64,000 nucleotides of DNA from Alphaproteobacteria bacterium (GTDB lineage: Bacteria > Pseudomonadota > Alphaproteobacteria > SHVV01). This document shows, in pieces, positions 52,277 through 62,073 of this stretch. The stretch is from positions 3,104,001 to 3,168,000 of the forward strand of contig OZ253470.1 in the NCBI GenBank assembly GCA_965261735.1, written 5' to 3'. The position numbers and the translations under genes were made by a program. Below the pieces are notes generated by a model. That model searched no databases and was not told the DNA's origin. It was given only the letters and a program-made list of their open reading frames with translations. Every line of letters starts with the position of its first letter. Position 1 is the first letter of the stretch.

Positions 52277-53755
52277 TCATTGAAACTTATCGGCGTTGAC
52301 CAGGAAATGAACCCAGATGCTCGCGGCGTAGCCGAGCGCGATGGCCCAGCTCCATTTCAGGTGCGCGAAGAAGGTATAGGTTCCGCGCGCCTGGCCCATG
52401 ACGGCAACGCCCGCCGCCGACCCGATCGACAACATCGAGCCGCCGACGCCGGCGGTCAACGTCACCAGCAGCCACTGCCCATGGTCCATCTCGGGGAGCA
52501 CGGACAGTACCGCGAACATGATCGGGATGTTGTCGACGATGGCCGACAGCACGCCGACCAGGATATTGGCGATGGTCGGGCCAAGGTCGCCGTACATGAG
52601 CTGCGATCCGAGGGCAAGATAGCCGAGCGTGCCGAGTCCGCCCACGCACAGCACGATCCCATAAAAGAACATGAGCGTATCCCACTCGGCTCGCTCCAGG
52701 GACTTGAAGATATTGAAGGCCTTGTCCTCCGCCTTCGCCCTGGCGCTCGGCGCCGATTCCTCGATCTCCAGGCCGATTTCACCGAGGTCCTGATCCTCCG
52801 GCGGCGGGAACAGGATATCGCGGCGCTTGAGGCAGTAGCCGAAGAGTTTCAGGAACCCGAGCCCGGTCATCATGCCGAGGACGGGCGGCAGGTGCAGGAA
52901 GTTGTGCGCGGACACGGCCATCGCGATGGTAACGATGAAAAGCCCGACCACGACCCAGGCGCCATCGAGCAGCACCGCCTCCTCGGCGATCACGGCCGGC
53001 TTCTCCTTCGGCACCACGAATGCCATGATCACCGCGGGGACCAACCAGTTCACCACCGATGGCAGCAGCAGCGCGAAGAATTCGTGAAACGCGATAATCC
53101 CCTTCTGCCACACCATCAGCGTGGTGATGTCGCCGAACGGGCTGAAGGCGCCGCCCGCGTTGGCGGCGACGACGATGTTGATGCACGCGAGCACGACGAA
53201 GCGCTGGTTGGTGCCACCGATGGCCATGACCACCGTGGCCAGCAGGAGCGCGGTCGTAAGGTTGTCCGCCACGGGCGACATCACGAACGCCAGGCCGCCC
53301 GTGATCCAGAAGATGCCGCGGAAGGAGTACCCGCGCGATACCAGCCGCGCCCGCAGCACGTCGAACACGCCGCGTTCGTCCATGGTGTTGACGTAGGTCA
53401 TGGCGGCGAGCAGGAAGAGGAACAGCTCCGCGAACTCGAGCAGGTTGTGGCGGATGGCCTCCCCGGGGGTCGTGATGTCATCGTTCATCCCGTAGGCGAC
53501 GGCGACCAGGACCCAGATGATCCCCGCCGCGACCATGACGGGCTTGGATTTGCGCAGGTGCAGCGTCTCCTCGCCGATGACGAGCGCGTAGGCGATCACG
53601 AACACCGCCACCGCGATGAACCCCGCCCAATGTCCCGTGAGGTCGAGGAAGCCGCCGCCGGCCTCGGCTGCGACGGCCGGTAGCGGCAACAGCAGGATTA
53701 GTGCCGTGGCGAGAATGCGGCGTACGGCTATGGCCGCTCGTGTGTTCTCAGACAT
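52277..53755 (-). CDS. nhaD: Na+/H+ antiporter NhaD
   Basis: LRKSKP, ADNLTT, GDITTLMVWQ, IVDNIP, GSAAGVA. Confidence 0.9.
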   Translation of the reverse strand: MSENTRAAIAVRRILATALILLLPLPAVAAEAGGGFLDLTGHWAGFIAVAVFVIAYALVIGEETLHLRKSKPVMVAAGIIWVLVAVAYGMNDDITTPGEAIRHNLLEFAELFLFLLAAMTYVNTMDERGVFDVLRARLVSRGYSFRGIFWITGGLAFVMSPVADNLTTALLLATVVMAIGGTNQRFVVLACINIVVAANAGGAFSPFGDITTLMVWQKGIIAFHEFFALLLPSVVNWLVPAVIMAFVVPKEKPAVIAEEAVLLDGAWVVVGLFIVTIAMAVSAHNFLHLPPVLGMMTGLGFLKLFGYCLKRRDILFPPPEDQDLGEIGLEIEESAPSARAKAEDKAFNIFKSLERAEWDTLMFFYGIVLCVGGLGTLGYLALGSQLMYGDLGPTIANILVGVLSAIVDNIPIMFAVLSVLPEMDHGQWLLVTLTAGVGGSMLSIGSAAGVAVMGQARGTYTFFAHLKWSWAIALGYAASIWVHFLVNADKFQ

Positions 53756-53914
53756 CTTGACACCCCGTCAAGGAACGTGTGCTACGCGAGTCCTGCGCGC
53801 CCAGGGGGCCCCGCGATGCGGCGACCGCCTCGGCGGGCGAGACCGAGTATGGTTCGCACCATAAGCACAACATGAGGCGCAACCAATTGATTTTGCGTGA
53901 GTTAGGCTGACGAA

Positions 53915-55741
53915 ATGGGAGCGCGCGACGTTCGGGCGGGGGGCGGCCGACGCCGGACCAAGGCGCACGAACGCGCGGCCCGCCTCGTCAATCGCGGAGT
54001 CGAGGAAGCGGCGAAGCGGCAGTTCTCCTCGGCCTGCGCGCTATTTCGCGACGCTGTCGCGGCGGCGCCCGACTACGCGCTCGCCCACGACAACCTCGCC
54101 AAGGCCTATCTGGTGCTCGGCCAGGCCGATTCGGCGCTGCCCCACATGGCGGCGGCGCTCGCGCGAGATTCGGCCCTCGAAGACACCGCACACACCCTGG
54201 CCCGCCTGCTCGCCGCGCATCGGCTTGCCTATTCGCGCGACGCGGTGAAGGCGACGGCCGTTTGCCTCGATCTGCCGGATATCGAGCATCAGCGACTCGT
54301 GCCCGCCGCGACCGACCTCGTCAAGGAGAGCCCAGTGGTGGGGCGATGCCTCGCACACGCCCGCTCGCATGATTGGGATGCTGCCGCCGGGCGGTTCCTC
54401 GATGACGGCGCGCGTGTGGTCGGCGGCACGCTGCTCGCCCGCATCCTGAGTCAGTGCGTCCTCGAGGACGCCGAACTCGAACGTCTCCTGACGGCGGCCA
54501 GGCGGGCGATGATGATGGCGGCCCAGACGGCGCGCAAACCGCCGCCGCTGTGGTCGCGGCTCGCCGCGCTGCTCGCGACCCAGGGGTGGAACAACGAGTA
54601 TGCGTGGTACGTGGACGCCGACGAGACGTCGGTCCTCGATGAGATGGCGCGCCCGCTGGTGGAGGGACCCGATGCGGCGAAGCGTGATTGGAGTCTATTG
54701 CGCTGGGCGATGTACCGGCCGCTTGCTGCGTGGCCGGGGTGGGCGTCGGCGCGCCCGCGCCTCAGTGGCGCGCTCGCCGAGCTCGCCGTCGCGACGGTCG
54801 CCGAGCAGGAGGTCGAGGCCGAACTCGGCACCGGGATCGTGGCGCTCGGCGAGGTGCGCGATCCCGTGTCGCGGGCCGTCCGAGCGCAATATGAGGAGAA
54901 TCCCTATCCGCGTTGGCGCTCCCTGGAGGTCTATCCGCCGGGATCGCTGCTCGATCAGGTCCGGCGCTTCGACCGCGGCGACCGGGATCCGGCGCGCCTC
55001 GCCGGCGCGATCGACGTCCTGATCGCCGGCTGCGGGACCGGCCAGCACGCGCTCGCGTCGGCGCTGGGCTTCGGCCCCACGGCGCGCGTGCTGGCCACCG
55101 ACCTGAGCCGGGCCAGCCTCGCGCGGGCGGCGCGTGGCGCGCGCGACTACGGTGTCGACAACATCGAGCTTCGGCAGGCCGACATTCTAGAACACGCCCG
55201 CCTCGGGCGCCGCTTCGACGTCATCGAGTGCGTCGGCGTGCTCCACCATATGGCGGCACCCCTCGAGGGCTGGCGCGTGCTCGCCGGCTCCCTCAAGCTC
55301 GACGGCATGATGATGGTCGGGCTCTACAGCGAAGCGGCGCGCCGCGGCGTTGCGGCGCCGCGCCGGGCCATCGCCGCGCGCGGCCTCGTGGCGGACGCCG
55401 CGGGCATCCGGGCGCTGCGCCGCGAGATGCTGGAGGCGCCCCCGGGCGAGGCGGTGCGGGCGAGCCCCGACTTCTACGCCCTGAGCCCCTGTCGCGACCT
55501 CCTGCTCCACGCCAAGGAGCACCGCTTCACGATACCGGCCATCGCTACCGCGCTCGACGCGCTCGGCCTCGAATTCCGCGGCTTCGAGCTTGACGATGCG
55601 GGGACCGAGCCCGCGTACCGGCAGAGCTTTCCCGACGATCCGGACATGCGCGATCTCGCCAACTGGGCCGCCTTCGAGGACGACCACCCGTCCATCTTTC
55701 GCAACATGTATCAGTTCTGGTGCACGCCACGACGCCGCTGA
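53915..55741 (+). CDS. TPR-containing class I SAM methyltransferase
   Basis: N-terminal TPR, QYEENPYPRW, IAGCGTG, GVLHH, RDLLLH..E, MYQFW. Confidence 0.8.
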   Translation: MGARDVRAGGGRRRTKAHERAARLVNRGVEEAAKRQFSSACALFRDAVAAAPDYALAHDNLAKAYLVLGQADSALPHMAAALARDSALEDTAHTLARLLAAHRLAYSRDAVKATAVCLDLPDIEHQRLVPAATDLVKESPVVGRCLAHARSHDWDAAAGRFLDDGARVVGGTLLARILSQCVLEDAELERLLTAARRAMMMAAQTARKPPPLWSRLAALLATQGWNNEYAWYVDADETSVLDEMARPLVEGPDAAKRDWSLLRWAMYRPLAAWPGWASARPRLSGALAELAVATVAEQEVEAELGTGIVALGEVRDPVSRAVRAQYEENPYPRWRSLEVYPPGSLLDQVRRFDRGDRDPARLAGAIDVLIAGCGTGQHALASALGFGPTARVLATDLSRASLARAARGARDYGVDNIELRQADILEHARLGRRFDVIECVGVLHHMAAPLEGWRVLAGSLKLDGMMMVGLYSEAARRGVAAPRRAIAARGLVADAAGIRALRREMLEAPPGEAVRASPDFYALSPCRDLLLHAKEHRFTIPAIATALDALGLEFRGFELDDAGTEPAYRQSFPDDPDMRDLANWAAFEDDHPSIFRNMYQFWCTPRRR

Positions 55742-55763
55742 ACACCCTTTTGGAGAAGGGCGG

Positions 55764-56546
55764 TCAGAGTGCGATCGTTAAGCCGCCGTCCACGGGGATC
55801 ACGTGGCCGTTGACGTAAGAGGAGGCGGTCGAGGCGAGGAATACGGCGACGCCGCCGAGCTCGTCGGGCTCGGCGAATCGGCGCAGCGGTATGCGCTCGG
55901 CCGCGCGCGCCCGGCGCTCGGCCTCCGCCTTTTCCGAGGCCGGGGTGGTGGTCGGGAAGGGCACCGATGTCGTGAAGTACCCGGGCGCGATGGCGTTGCA
56001 GTTGATGCCGTGGGGCCCGAACGCGACCGCGAGCGCCTTGGTCAGCCCGATCAACCCGGCCTTCGCCGAGACATAGTGCGCGAGCCCCGCCGCCCCGTGA
56101 ACGCCCGCCACCGAAGCCGTATTGACGATACGGCCGCTACCTTGCGCCATCATGGGTTTGGCCGCCTCGCGCGCGAGATGGAAAGGAGCGGTCAGGTCGA
56201 TGTCGATGACCTCGCGCCAGTTCTCGAGCTCGAGCTCGACGGTCGGCGCCATGTTGCCGATGCCGGCATTGTTGAACAGCGCATCGAGCCGCCCGTGCTC
56301 GCGCACGATCGAGGAAATGGCGGCGGCGCGTGCGTCGGCGTCGCCGACGTCGAAGGGCAAACCGGTAACCTGAAGCCCGACGCGCTTCATCGCGGCAACC
56401 TCGTCCGCCAGCACCTCCGCGTCGATATCGTTGAGGATGATGTGGGCACCGGCGCGCCCGAGCGCGTACGCCATCGGCCGACCGAGCCCGCGCGCGGCAC
56501 CGGTGACAAGGGCGACCCGGCCCTCAAGTGAAAACAGCTTGTTCAT
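55764..56546 (-). CDS. SDR oxidoreductase (gluconate 5-dehydrogenase-like)
   Basis: FSLEGRVALVTGAARGLG, NNAG, YVSAK, IAPGYF. Confidence 0.85.
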   Translation of the reverse strand: MNKLFSLEGRVALVTGAARGLGRPMAYALGRAGAHIILNDIDAEVLADEVAAMKRVGLQVTGLPFDVGDADARAAAISSIVREHGRLDALFNNAGIGNMAPTVELELENWREVIDIDLTAPFHLAREAAKPMMAQGSGRIVNTASVAGVHGAAGLAHYVSAKAGLIGLTKALAVAFGPHGINCNAIAPGYFTTSVPFPTTTPASEKAEAERRARAAERIPLRRFAEPDELGGVAVFLASTASSYVNGHVIPVDGGLTIAL

Positions 56547-56730
56547 TCATGAACCAGGACGACAGTCCGGGTAACAGGCTAGATTCCGCACAACCATCTC
56601 GCCAACGAACCGATAGCCTTTGGCACTGAAGTGGCCAATGAACCCTAACGGATATAGGGCCGCTGGGTCAGGGAGCTGTTCCAGGGCCTCGAAAACGGGG
56701 ACGACTTGAATGTCGAGTTCTCGAACCAAC
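56547..56730 (-). pseudogene. 3' fragment of a probable SGNH/GDSL-type hydrolase gene
   Basis: GHFSAKGYRFVGE resembles SGNH block V; lower GC; 5' part ends at an IS-end scar. Confidence 0.5.
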
Positions 56731-56748
56731 CTTGCCCGGATAGGCAAG
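56731..56748 (-). mobile_element. 18-bp ends-only remnant of the IS1595 element
   Basis: Minus strand CTTGCCTATCCGGGCAAG equals the left terminus fused to the right terminus. Confidence 0.7.
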
Positions 56749-56810
56749 GATATATCTAGGCCATTCCCGACTAACACATTGAAATATCGCACATAAATAC
56801 ACCGTGGAAG

Positions 56811-56887
56811 TGGTCGGAGTGAGTGGATTCGAACCACCGGCCCCTGCCTCCCGAAGACAGTGCTCTACCAGGCTGAGCTACACTCCG
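56811..56887 (-). tRNA. tRNA-Pro (CGG)
   Basis: 77 nt, CGGAGTG acceptor stem, anticodon loop TTCGGGA, GGTTCGAATCC, encoded CCA. Confidence 0.97.
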
Positions 56888-56949
56888 ACCGGCGCCGAGG
56901 GCGCCGTTATAGCGCCATCAACGGCACGGCGACAAGGTGGTCGCCCCGT

Positions 56950-57969
56950 TCAATGCGCGCGCTCGACGCAAAAGTCGACGACGCCATCGAGCGCCTGCCG
57001 TTCCTCGCTGTCGGGGAAGATGGCGAGGGCATCGCGGGCCATCGAGCTGTAGTGGCGGGCGCGCTCGACGGTATCGCGCAGCGAGCCGTGCTTTTCGAGT
57101 AGCGCAACGGCGGTCGCGAAATCACTCGGCTCGCGCTCGCCCCGTTCCAGAGTGCGGCGCCAGAACACACGCTCCTCCTCGATGCCGCGGCGAAAGGCGA
57201 GGATCACGGGCAGCGTGATCTTACCCTCGCGAAAGTCGTCGCCGACGGCCTTGCCGAGGGTGGCTTGCCGGGCCGAGTAGTCAAGCGCATCGTCAACCAG
57301 CTGATAGGCGATGCCGAGGTTCTTGCCATAGAGTTCGAGCGCCTCCTCTTGGAGGCGTGGCCGCTCGCCGAGAACGGCGCCGATGCGGCAGGCGGCCGCG
57401 AATAGGGCGGCCGTCTTCGCGGCGATGACCTCGAGGTAGGCGTCCTCGCTGGTCGTCGTGTCCTGGGCGGTCGCGAGCTGCAACACCTCGCCCTCGGCGA
57501 TGACCGACGCGGCGTGGCTGAGAATGGCGAGGACCCGCAGCGAGCCGTCCTCGACCATGAGCTGGAACGAACGGCTGAACAGGAAATCACCGACGAGCAC
57601 GCTGGGCTGATTGCCCCACAGCGCGTTGGCCGTGGCATTGCCGCGCCGCAGGTCGCTGTCGTCGACCACGTCGTCGTGGAGGAGCGTCGCCGTGTGAATG
57701 AACTCGACGCACGCCGCCAGGCTGACGTGGCGCCGACCGCCGTAGCCGCACAGTCGTGCCGCCGCGAGCGTCAACATCGGCCGCAACCGCTTGCCGCCGG
57801 CGGCGATGATGTGGCCGGCGACCTCCCGAATGAGCTCGACCCGGCTCTGCATGCGCTCGAGGATGGTGTTGTTGACTTGTGTGAGATCAGCCCCGACCAG
57901 GCGCTGCAGGGGCAGCAGTGAGGTGGTCGTCGGTGGGCGCTCGCCCTCCACAGGTATAACGCTGGCCAA
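56950..57969 (-). CDS. ispB: Polyprenyl diphosphate synthase
   Basis: GGKRLRP, LLHDDVVD, RRG, QLVDD, GDDFREGK. Confidence 0.92.
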   Translation of the reverse strand: MASVIPVEGERPPTTTSLLPLQRLVGADLTQVNNTILERMQSRVELIREVAGHIIAAGGKRLRPMLTLAAARLCGYGGRRHVSLAACVEFIHTATLLHDDVVDDSDLRRGNATANALWGNQPSVLVGDFLFSRSFQLMVEDGSLRVLAILSHAASVIAEGEVLQLATAQDTTTSEDAYLEVIAAKTAALFAAACRIGAVLGERPRLQEEALELYGKNLGIAYQLVDDALDYSARQATLGKAVGDDFREGKITLPVILAFRRGIEEERVFWRRTLERGEREPSDFATAVALLEKHGSLRDTVERARHYSSMARDALAIFPDSEERQALDGVVDFCVERAH

Positions 57970-58080
57970 GTGCCGTCCCTTCTTGACGTCGGTCGAACCG
58001 CGCGCGAGCATAGAAGTCACTTCATCGGCTGGTCAAGCTTGCGGCGGGACCCGGCTGTACCACGGTGGGCCGTCACGGCC

Positions 58081-58293
58081 ATGGTAGAACTGCTGAGAAC
58101 CAACGATCCGGTACTGCTCTCGTGGCTCGTCGCGCTGCTCGCCGATTCGCGGATTGAGGCCGTGGTTTTCGACAGCCATACCAGCGTCGTCGAAGGCAGC
58201 ATCTCGGCCATACCGCGCCGCCTTATGGTCATCAACGAGGACGAGGCGCGAGCGCGCCGCCTATTGGTGGATGCCGAGGTCCTACAGGCGTGA
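58081..58293 (+). CDS. DUF2007 family protein
   Basis: ELLRTNDPV, EGSISAIPRRLMV. Confidence 0.85.
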   Translation: MVELLRTNDPVLLSWLVALLADSRIEAVVFDSHTSVVEGSISAIPRRLMVINEDEARARRLLVDAEVLQA

Positions 58294-59042
58294 GCGCGGG
58301 CGCGGGCGTGGCCCCGATGACCGAAGACCATTTGCTCGGAGGCCGCGTTGCGCTGCACCAACCGGCGGTCGGGGAGCGCGTCGCCATCGACCCGGTGTTG
58401 CTCGCGGCGGCGGTGCCCGCGCGCGCCGGCGACACGGCGCTCGATGCCGGTTGCGGCTCGGGCGCGGCCGCGTTGTGTCTCGCCCACCGTGTGGCGGGTG
58501 TCCGCGTGGTCGGCCTCGATCAGGCGCGCGAGGCGATCGCGCTCGCCACCGCCAACGCAGCACGCAACGGCCTCGGCGAGAGCGTGACGTTAACGGCCGG
58601 CGACATCCTAGCGCCGCCCCGCGATCTCGCCGCCTCCTTCGACCACGTCATGGCCAATCCGCCGCACCTCGAGGCCGAGCGCGCCGCTCCCTCGCCGGAG
58701 GCCCGCAGGCGCGCCGCGCGCATCGAAGGACCTGCCCGACTCCGCCATTGGATCGAATTCTGCGTGGCACGGGTGCGCCGCGGCGGCACCCTCACGCTCA
58801 TCCATCGCGCCGACCGGCTAGCCGATCTCCTGGGGTGCCTCGGCGGCGTCGCCGGCGGCATCGTCGTGTATCCGCTGTGGCCGGGCGGCGCCAAGCCGGC
58901 CAAGCGCGTCATCGTTCGTGCCGAGGCGGGTAGCGCCCGGCCGCTGCGACTGACGCCAGGCATGGTGCTTCATACCGCCGATGGCGCCTATACGCGCGCA
59001 GCCGAGGCGGTGCTGCGCCACGGCGCCGGGCTCGAGCTGTAG
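58290..59042 (+). CDS. TrmN6-like methyltransferase
   Basis: IDPVLLAA, DAGCGSG, MANPP, IHRADRL. Confidence 0.85.
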   Translation: MSAGAGVAPMTEDHLLGGRVALHQPAVGERVAIDPVLLAAAVPARAGDTALDAGCGSGAAALCLAHRVAGVRVVGLDQAREAIALATANAARNGLGESVTLTAGDILAPPRDLAASFDHVMANPPHLEAERAAPSPEARRRAARIEGPARLRHWIEFCVARVRRGGTLTLIHRADRLADLLGCLGGVAGGIVVYPLWPGGAKPAKRVIVRAEAGSARPLRLTPGMVLHTADGAYTRAAEAVLRHGAGLEL

Positions 59043-59093
59043 CCGGCACGCCGGCGATTGCACGACCGGGGTCGCAACCCTATGTTTAGCTCC

Positions 59094-59966
59094 ATGGCAA
59101 ACTCATCCTGGGCCGAGCGCGCTCCGATGACCTGGTTCCGCGGCCGCCGGCACCCTCCGACGGTTGCGGTGCTGCGTCTGAGCGGCGTGATTGGCGCGCC
59201 GGTGCGCTTTCGCGGCGGCCTCAGCCTACAGAGCCTGGCGTCCCGCATCGAGCGTGCCTTCCGCATGCGCGGCCTCGAGGCGGTGGCGCTCGCGATCAAC
59301 TCTCCCGGAGGCTCGCCGGTTCAATCCGCACTGATCCATCAGCGCATCCGCGCGCTCGCCGAGGAGAACAGCCGGCCGGTCTTCGCCTTTGCCGAGGACG
59401 TCGCGGCGTCTGGGGGCTATTGGCTTGCCTGCGCAGGCGATGAGATCTACGCCAACGAGAACTCGCTGGTGGGCAGCATCGGCGTCATCTCCTCGGGTTT
59501 CGGCTTCGTCGATCTGTTGAACAAGCTGGGCGTCGATCGGCGGCTCCATACCGAGGGCGACAAGAAGGCGCTGCTCGATCCGTTCGCGCCGGAGAAACCG
59601 GCCGACGTGAAGCGCCTCAAGGCGATCCAGAAGGACGTGCACGAAAGCTTCAAGGCGCTCGTGCGAAACCGCCGCGAGGGCCGCCTCAAGGGCACGGAGC
59701 GGGCGCTCTTCTCGGGCGAGTTCTGGACCGGCGCGCGGGCGCTCGAACTCGGCCTCATCGACGGCATCGGGGACATGCGCTCGGTCATGCGCGAGCGTTT
59801 CGGCGAGCGTGTCCGGCTGCGCCTGATAGGCGGTCGGCGGTCGCTATTGGGCCGCATCCGCTTCACGCCCTCGACGAGCGATGCGCCTCTGATCGCGGGT
59901 CCCTGGGTGCACGACCTCGTCGGCGCCTTGGAGGAACGCATGCTGTGGTCGCGCTACGGCTTGTGA
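59094..59966 (+). CDS. S49 family peptidase
   Basis: INSPGGSPVQS, AASGGYW, GSIGV. Confidence 0.9.
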   Translation: MANSSWAERAPMTWFRGRRHPPTVAVLRLSGVIGAPVRFRGGLSLQSLASRIERAFRMRGLEAVALAINSPGGSPVQSALIHQRIRALAEENSRPVFAFAEDVAASGGYWLACAGDEIYANENSLVGSIGVISSGFGFVDLLNKLGVDRRLHTEGDKKALLDPFAPEKPADVKRLKAIQKDVHESFKALVRNRREGRLKGTERALFSGEFWTGARALELGLIDGIGDMRSVMRERFGERVRLRLIGGRRSLLGRIRFTPSTSDAPLIAGPWVHDLVGALEERMLWSRYGL

Positions 59967-60011
59967 GGCGCCCGCAGTTCGGACCCCGAGCGGGCCGCGC
60001 GGACGCGGCTG

Positions 60012-60238
60012 ATGGCTTCGCCGCAAATTCAGATATACATCGCCACAAGCCTCGATAGCTTTATTGCGACCGCTGACGGCGGTGTGGATTGGCTCGAGCC
60101 TTTTCAGGCAGAGGACCTCGGTTACTCGGCTTTTGTCGCGACGATTGGCACGATCGTTATGGGCCGGACAACCTACGAACAGATCCGCGGCTTTGGGTCC
60201 TGGCCCTACGCCGGAAAGCGCACCGTCATTCTTTCTTC
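60012..60238 (+). pseudogene. DHFR/RibD-C-like gene, 5' piece
   Basis: YIATSLDSFIA...VMGRTTYEQ...WPY..KRTVILS, cut by IS copy 3. Confidence 0.9.
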
Positions 60239-60859
60239 CTTGCCTATCCGGTTTACACCCACACCCACTAGGGCTAGAATGGGCGCAACCCGGATATAGG
60301 GGAGCGCGCCATGGATGTTCTCGACCGCGCCGATCTCCCATTCCCGCATTCGCTACCCGAGTTCCAGCGACTTTTCCCCGATGATGCGGCCTGCGCCGCC
60401 TACCTGGAGAAAGCCCGCTGGGGAGACGGCTTTGCCTGCCCGCACTGCGGCACGGCGGGAGAGCCGTTCCACTTTGAAAACCGCCCTGGCGTCCTGCGCT
60501 GCCGCAAGTGCCGCCAGAACACCGGGCTGACGGTGGGAACAGTGATGGAGCGTAGCCACACTCCGCTGAACGTCTGGTTCTGGGCCGCTTATCTGGTCGC
60601 CAGTCAGACGCCCGGCATGTCCGCCGTGCAGTTTCAGCGGCAACTTGGTCTTTCGCGCTACGAGACGGCCTTTCAAATTCTCCACAAGCTCCGCTCGGGC
60701 ATGGTGTGGCCCAACCAAGACAGGATCGGTGGACAGCCCAAGAACCATGTTGAGGTGGACGAAACCTGGGTTGGCGGGCGAACGCGTGGGGAAGGCCTGA
60801 GGTGGCCTCGGTTTGTCGGACAGCTTGGCGGCTTGATTAAGGTGTATTCCAGTTGTCGT

Positions 60860-61795
60860 TCATGCCGCCAGAATCCCTTTGCATCGATCTCCTTGCCGTT
60901 GTTGTTGCGCCTGTGGGGATGTGGGCAAGGCGCGTAGCGGCTTGTCCATCATATCCACAGGCGGGGCGCCGCGGTAGGCCTCGGCCGGCGTTTCCCCCCC
61001 GAGCGCCGAGTGCGGCCTCTCGGTGTTGTAGAAGTCGATCCACTCGCCGATGACGCGCCGGGCCTCGAAGCCGTCGGCGAGCTCGCGCAGATAGACGGCC
61101 TCGTATTTGAGCGAGCGCCACAGCCGCTCAATGAAGATGTTGTCCAGGCACCGGCCCCTGCCGTCCATCGAGATCCGGATGCCGGTCTCCCGCAAGCGCC
61201 CGGTGAAGGCGAAGCCGGTGAACTGGCTGCCCTGGTCGGTATTGAAGATCTCCGGCGTGCCATGGCGGGCCAGCGCCTCGTCGAGCGCGTCTGTGCAGAA
61301 GCCCGCATCCAGGGTGTTCGACAGACGCCAAGCCAGCACATGCCGGTTGGCCCAGTCCATGATCGCCACCAGGTAAAGAAAGCCGCGCCGCACCGGGATG
61401 TAGGTGATGTCGGCGCACCAGACATGGTTCGCCCGCTCGATCGTCAAGCCTCTGAGCAGATAGGGGTAGACCCGGTGCTCGGGATGCGGATCGCTGGTGC
61501 GCGGCGCCCGATAGATCGCCTGAAGCCCCATCAGGCGCATCAGACGACCGGCCCGGCGACGACCGACGCGCACGCCCTCGCGGCGTAGATGACGGACCAT
61601 CTGACGGGCGCCGTAGAACGGATACTTCAGGAACAACTCATCAATGCGCCGCATCAGCGCCAGGGTCTCCGGGCTCTCGCCCTTGGGCGTGTAATAGAGC
61701 GAGGAGCGTCCGATCGACAGCAAACGGCATTGACGGCTCAAGCTCAGCGCCGGGTGAGCGCGTATCACCATCGTTCGCCTCTCGGCCCGGCTCAT
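60860..61795 (-). CDS. IS3 OrfB (DDE integrase core)
   Basis: WCADITY, FNTDQGSQF, IERLWRSLKYE, YNTERPH. Confidence 0.95.
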   Translation of the reverse strand: MSRAERRTMVIRAHPALSLSRQCRLLSIGRSSLYYTPKGESPETLALMRRIDELFLKYPFYGARQMVRHLRREGVRVGRRRAGRLMRLMGLQAIYRAPRTSDPHPEHRVYPYLLRGLTIERANHVWCADITYIPVRRGFLYLVAIMDWANRHVLAWRLSNTLDAGFCTDALDEALARHGTPEIFNTDQGSQFTGFAFTGRLRETGIRISMDGRGRCLDNIFIERLWRSLKYEAVYLRELADGFEARRVIGEWIDFYNTERPHSALGGETPAEAYRGAPPVDMMDKPLRALPTSPQAQQQRQGDRCKGILAA

Positions 61796-62073
61796 CGACC
61801 GGACCCTCGAGACAAAAAATCCCGCTCCACCGTCAACTCGCCGATCTTCGCGTGAAGATCACGGATCTCGCTCTCATGGTCCCGACGGCGGCGCTCGCCC
61901 CCGTTCGAAAACACTTCGCCAAGACCATCGATCGCCTGCCGCTTCCATGTGCTCACTTGGTTCGGATGAACCTGGTGCTGCGAGGCGATCTCCTGAAGCG
62001 TCCGGTCGCCACGAAGCGCCTCAAGCGCGATCTTCGCCTTCAGCTCCCCGGAAAACCTGCGTCTCTTACTCAT
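61792..62073 (-). CDS. IS3 OrfA (HTH)
   Basis: HTH VHPNQVSTWK; T-TTT-TTG candidate -1 slip site at 61813-61819; ATGA overlap with orfB. Confidence 0.9.
   Translation of the reverse strand: MSKRRRFSGELKAKIALEALRGDRTLQEIASQHQVHPNQVSTWKRQAIDGLGEVFSNGGERRRRDHESEIRDLHAKIGELTVERDFLSRGSGR

Noticed and set aside
56547-56887. Intact prophage or ICE at tRNA-Pro
   Set aside because: No integrase and no duplicated tRNA 3' end seen; only a short low-GC relic.
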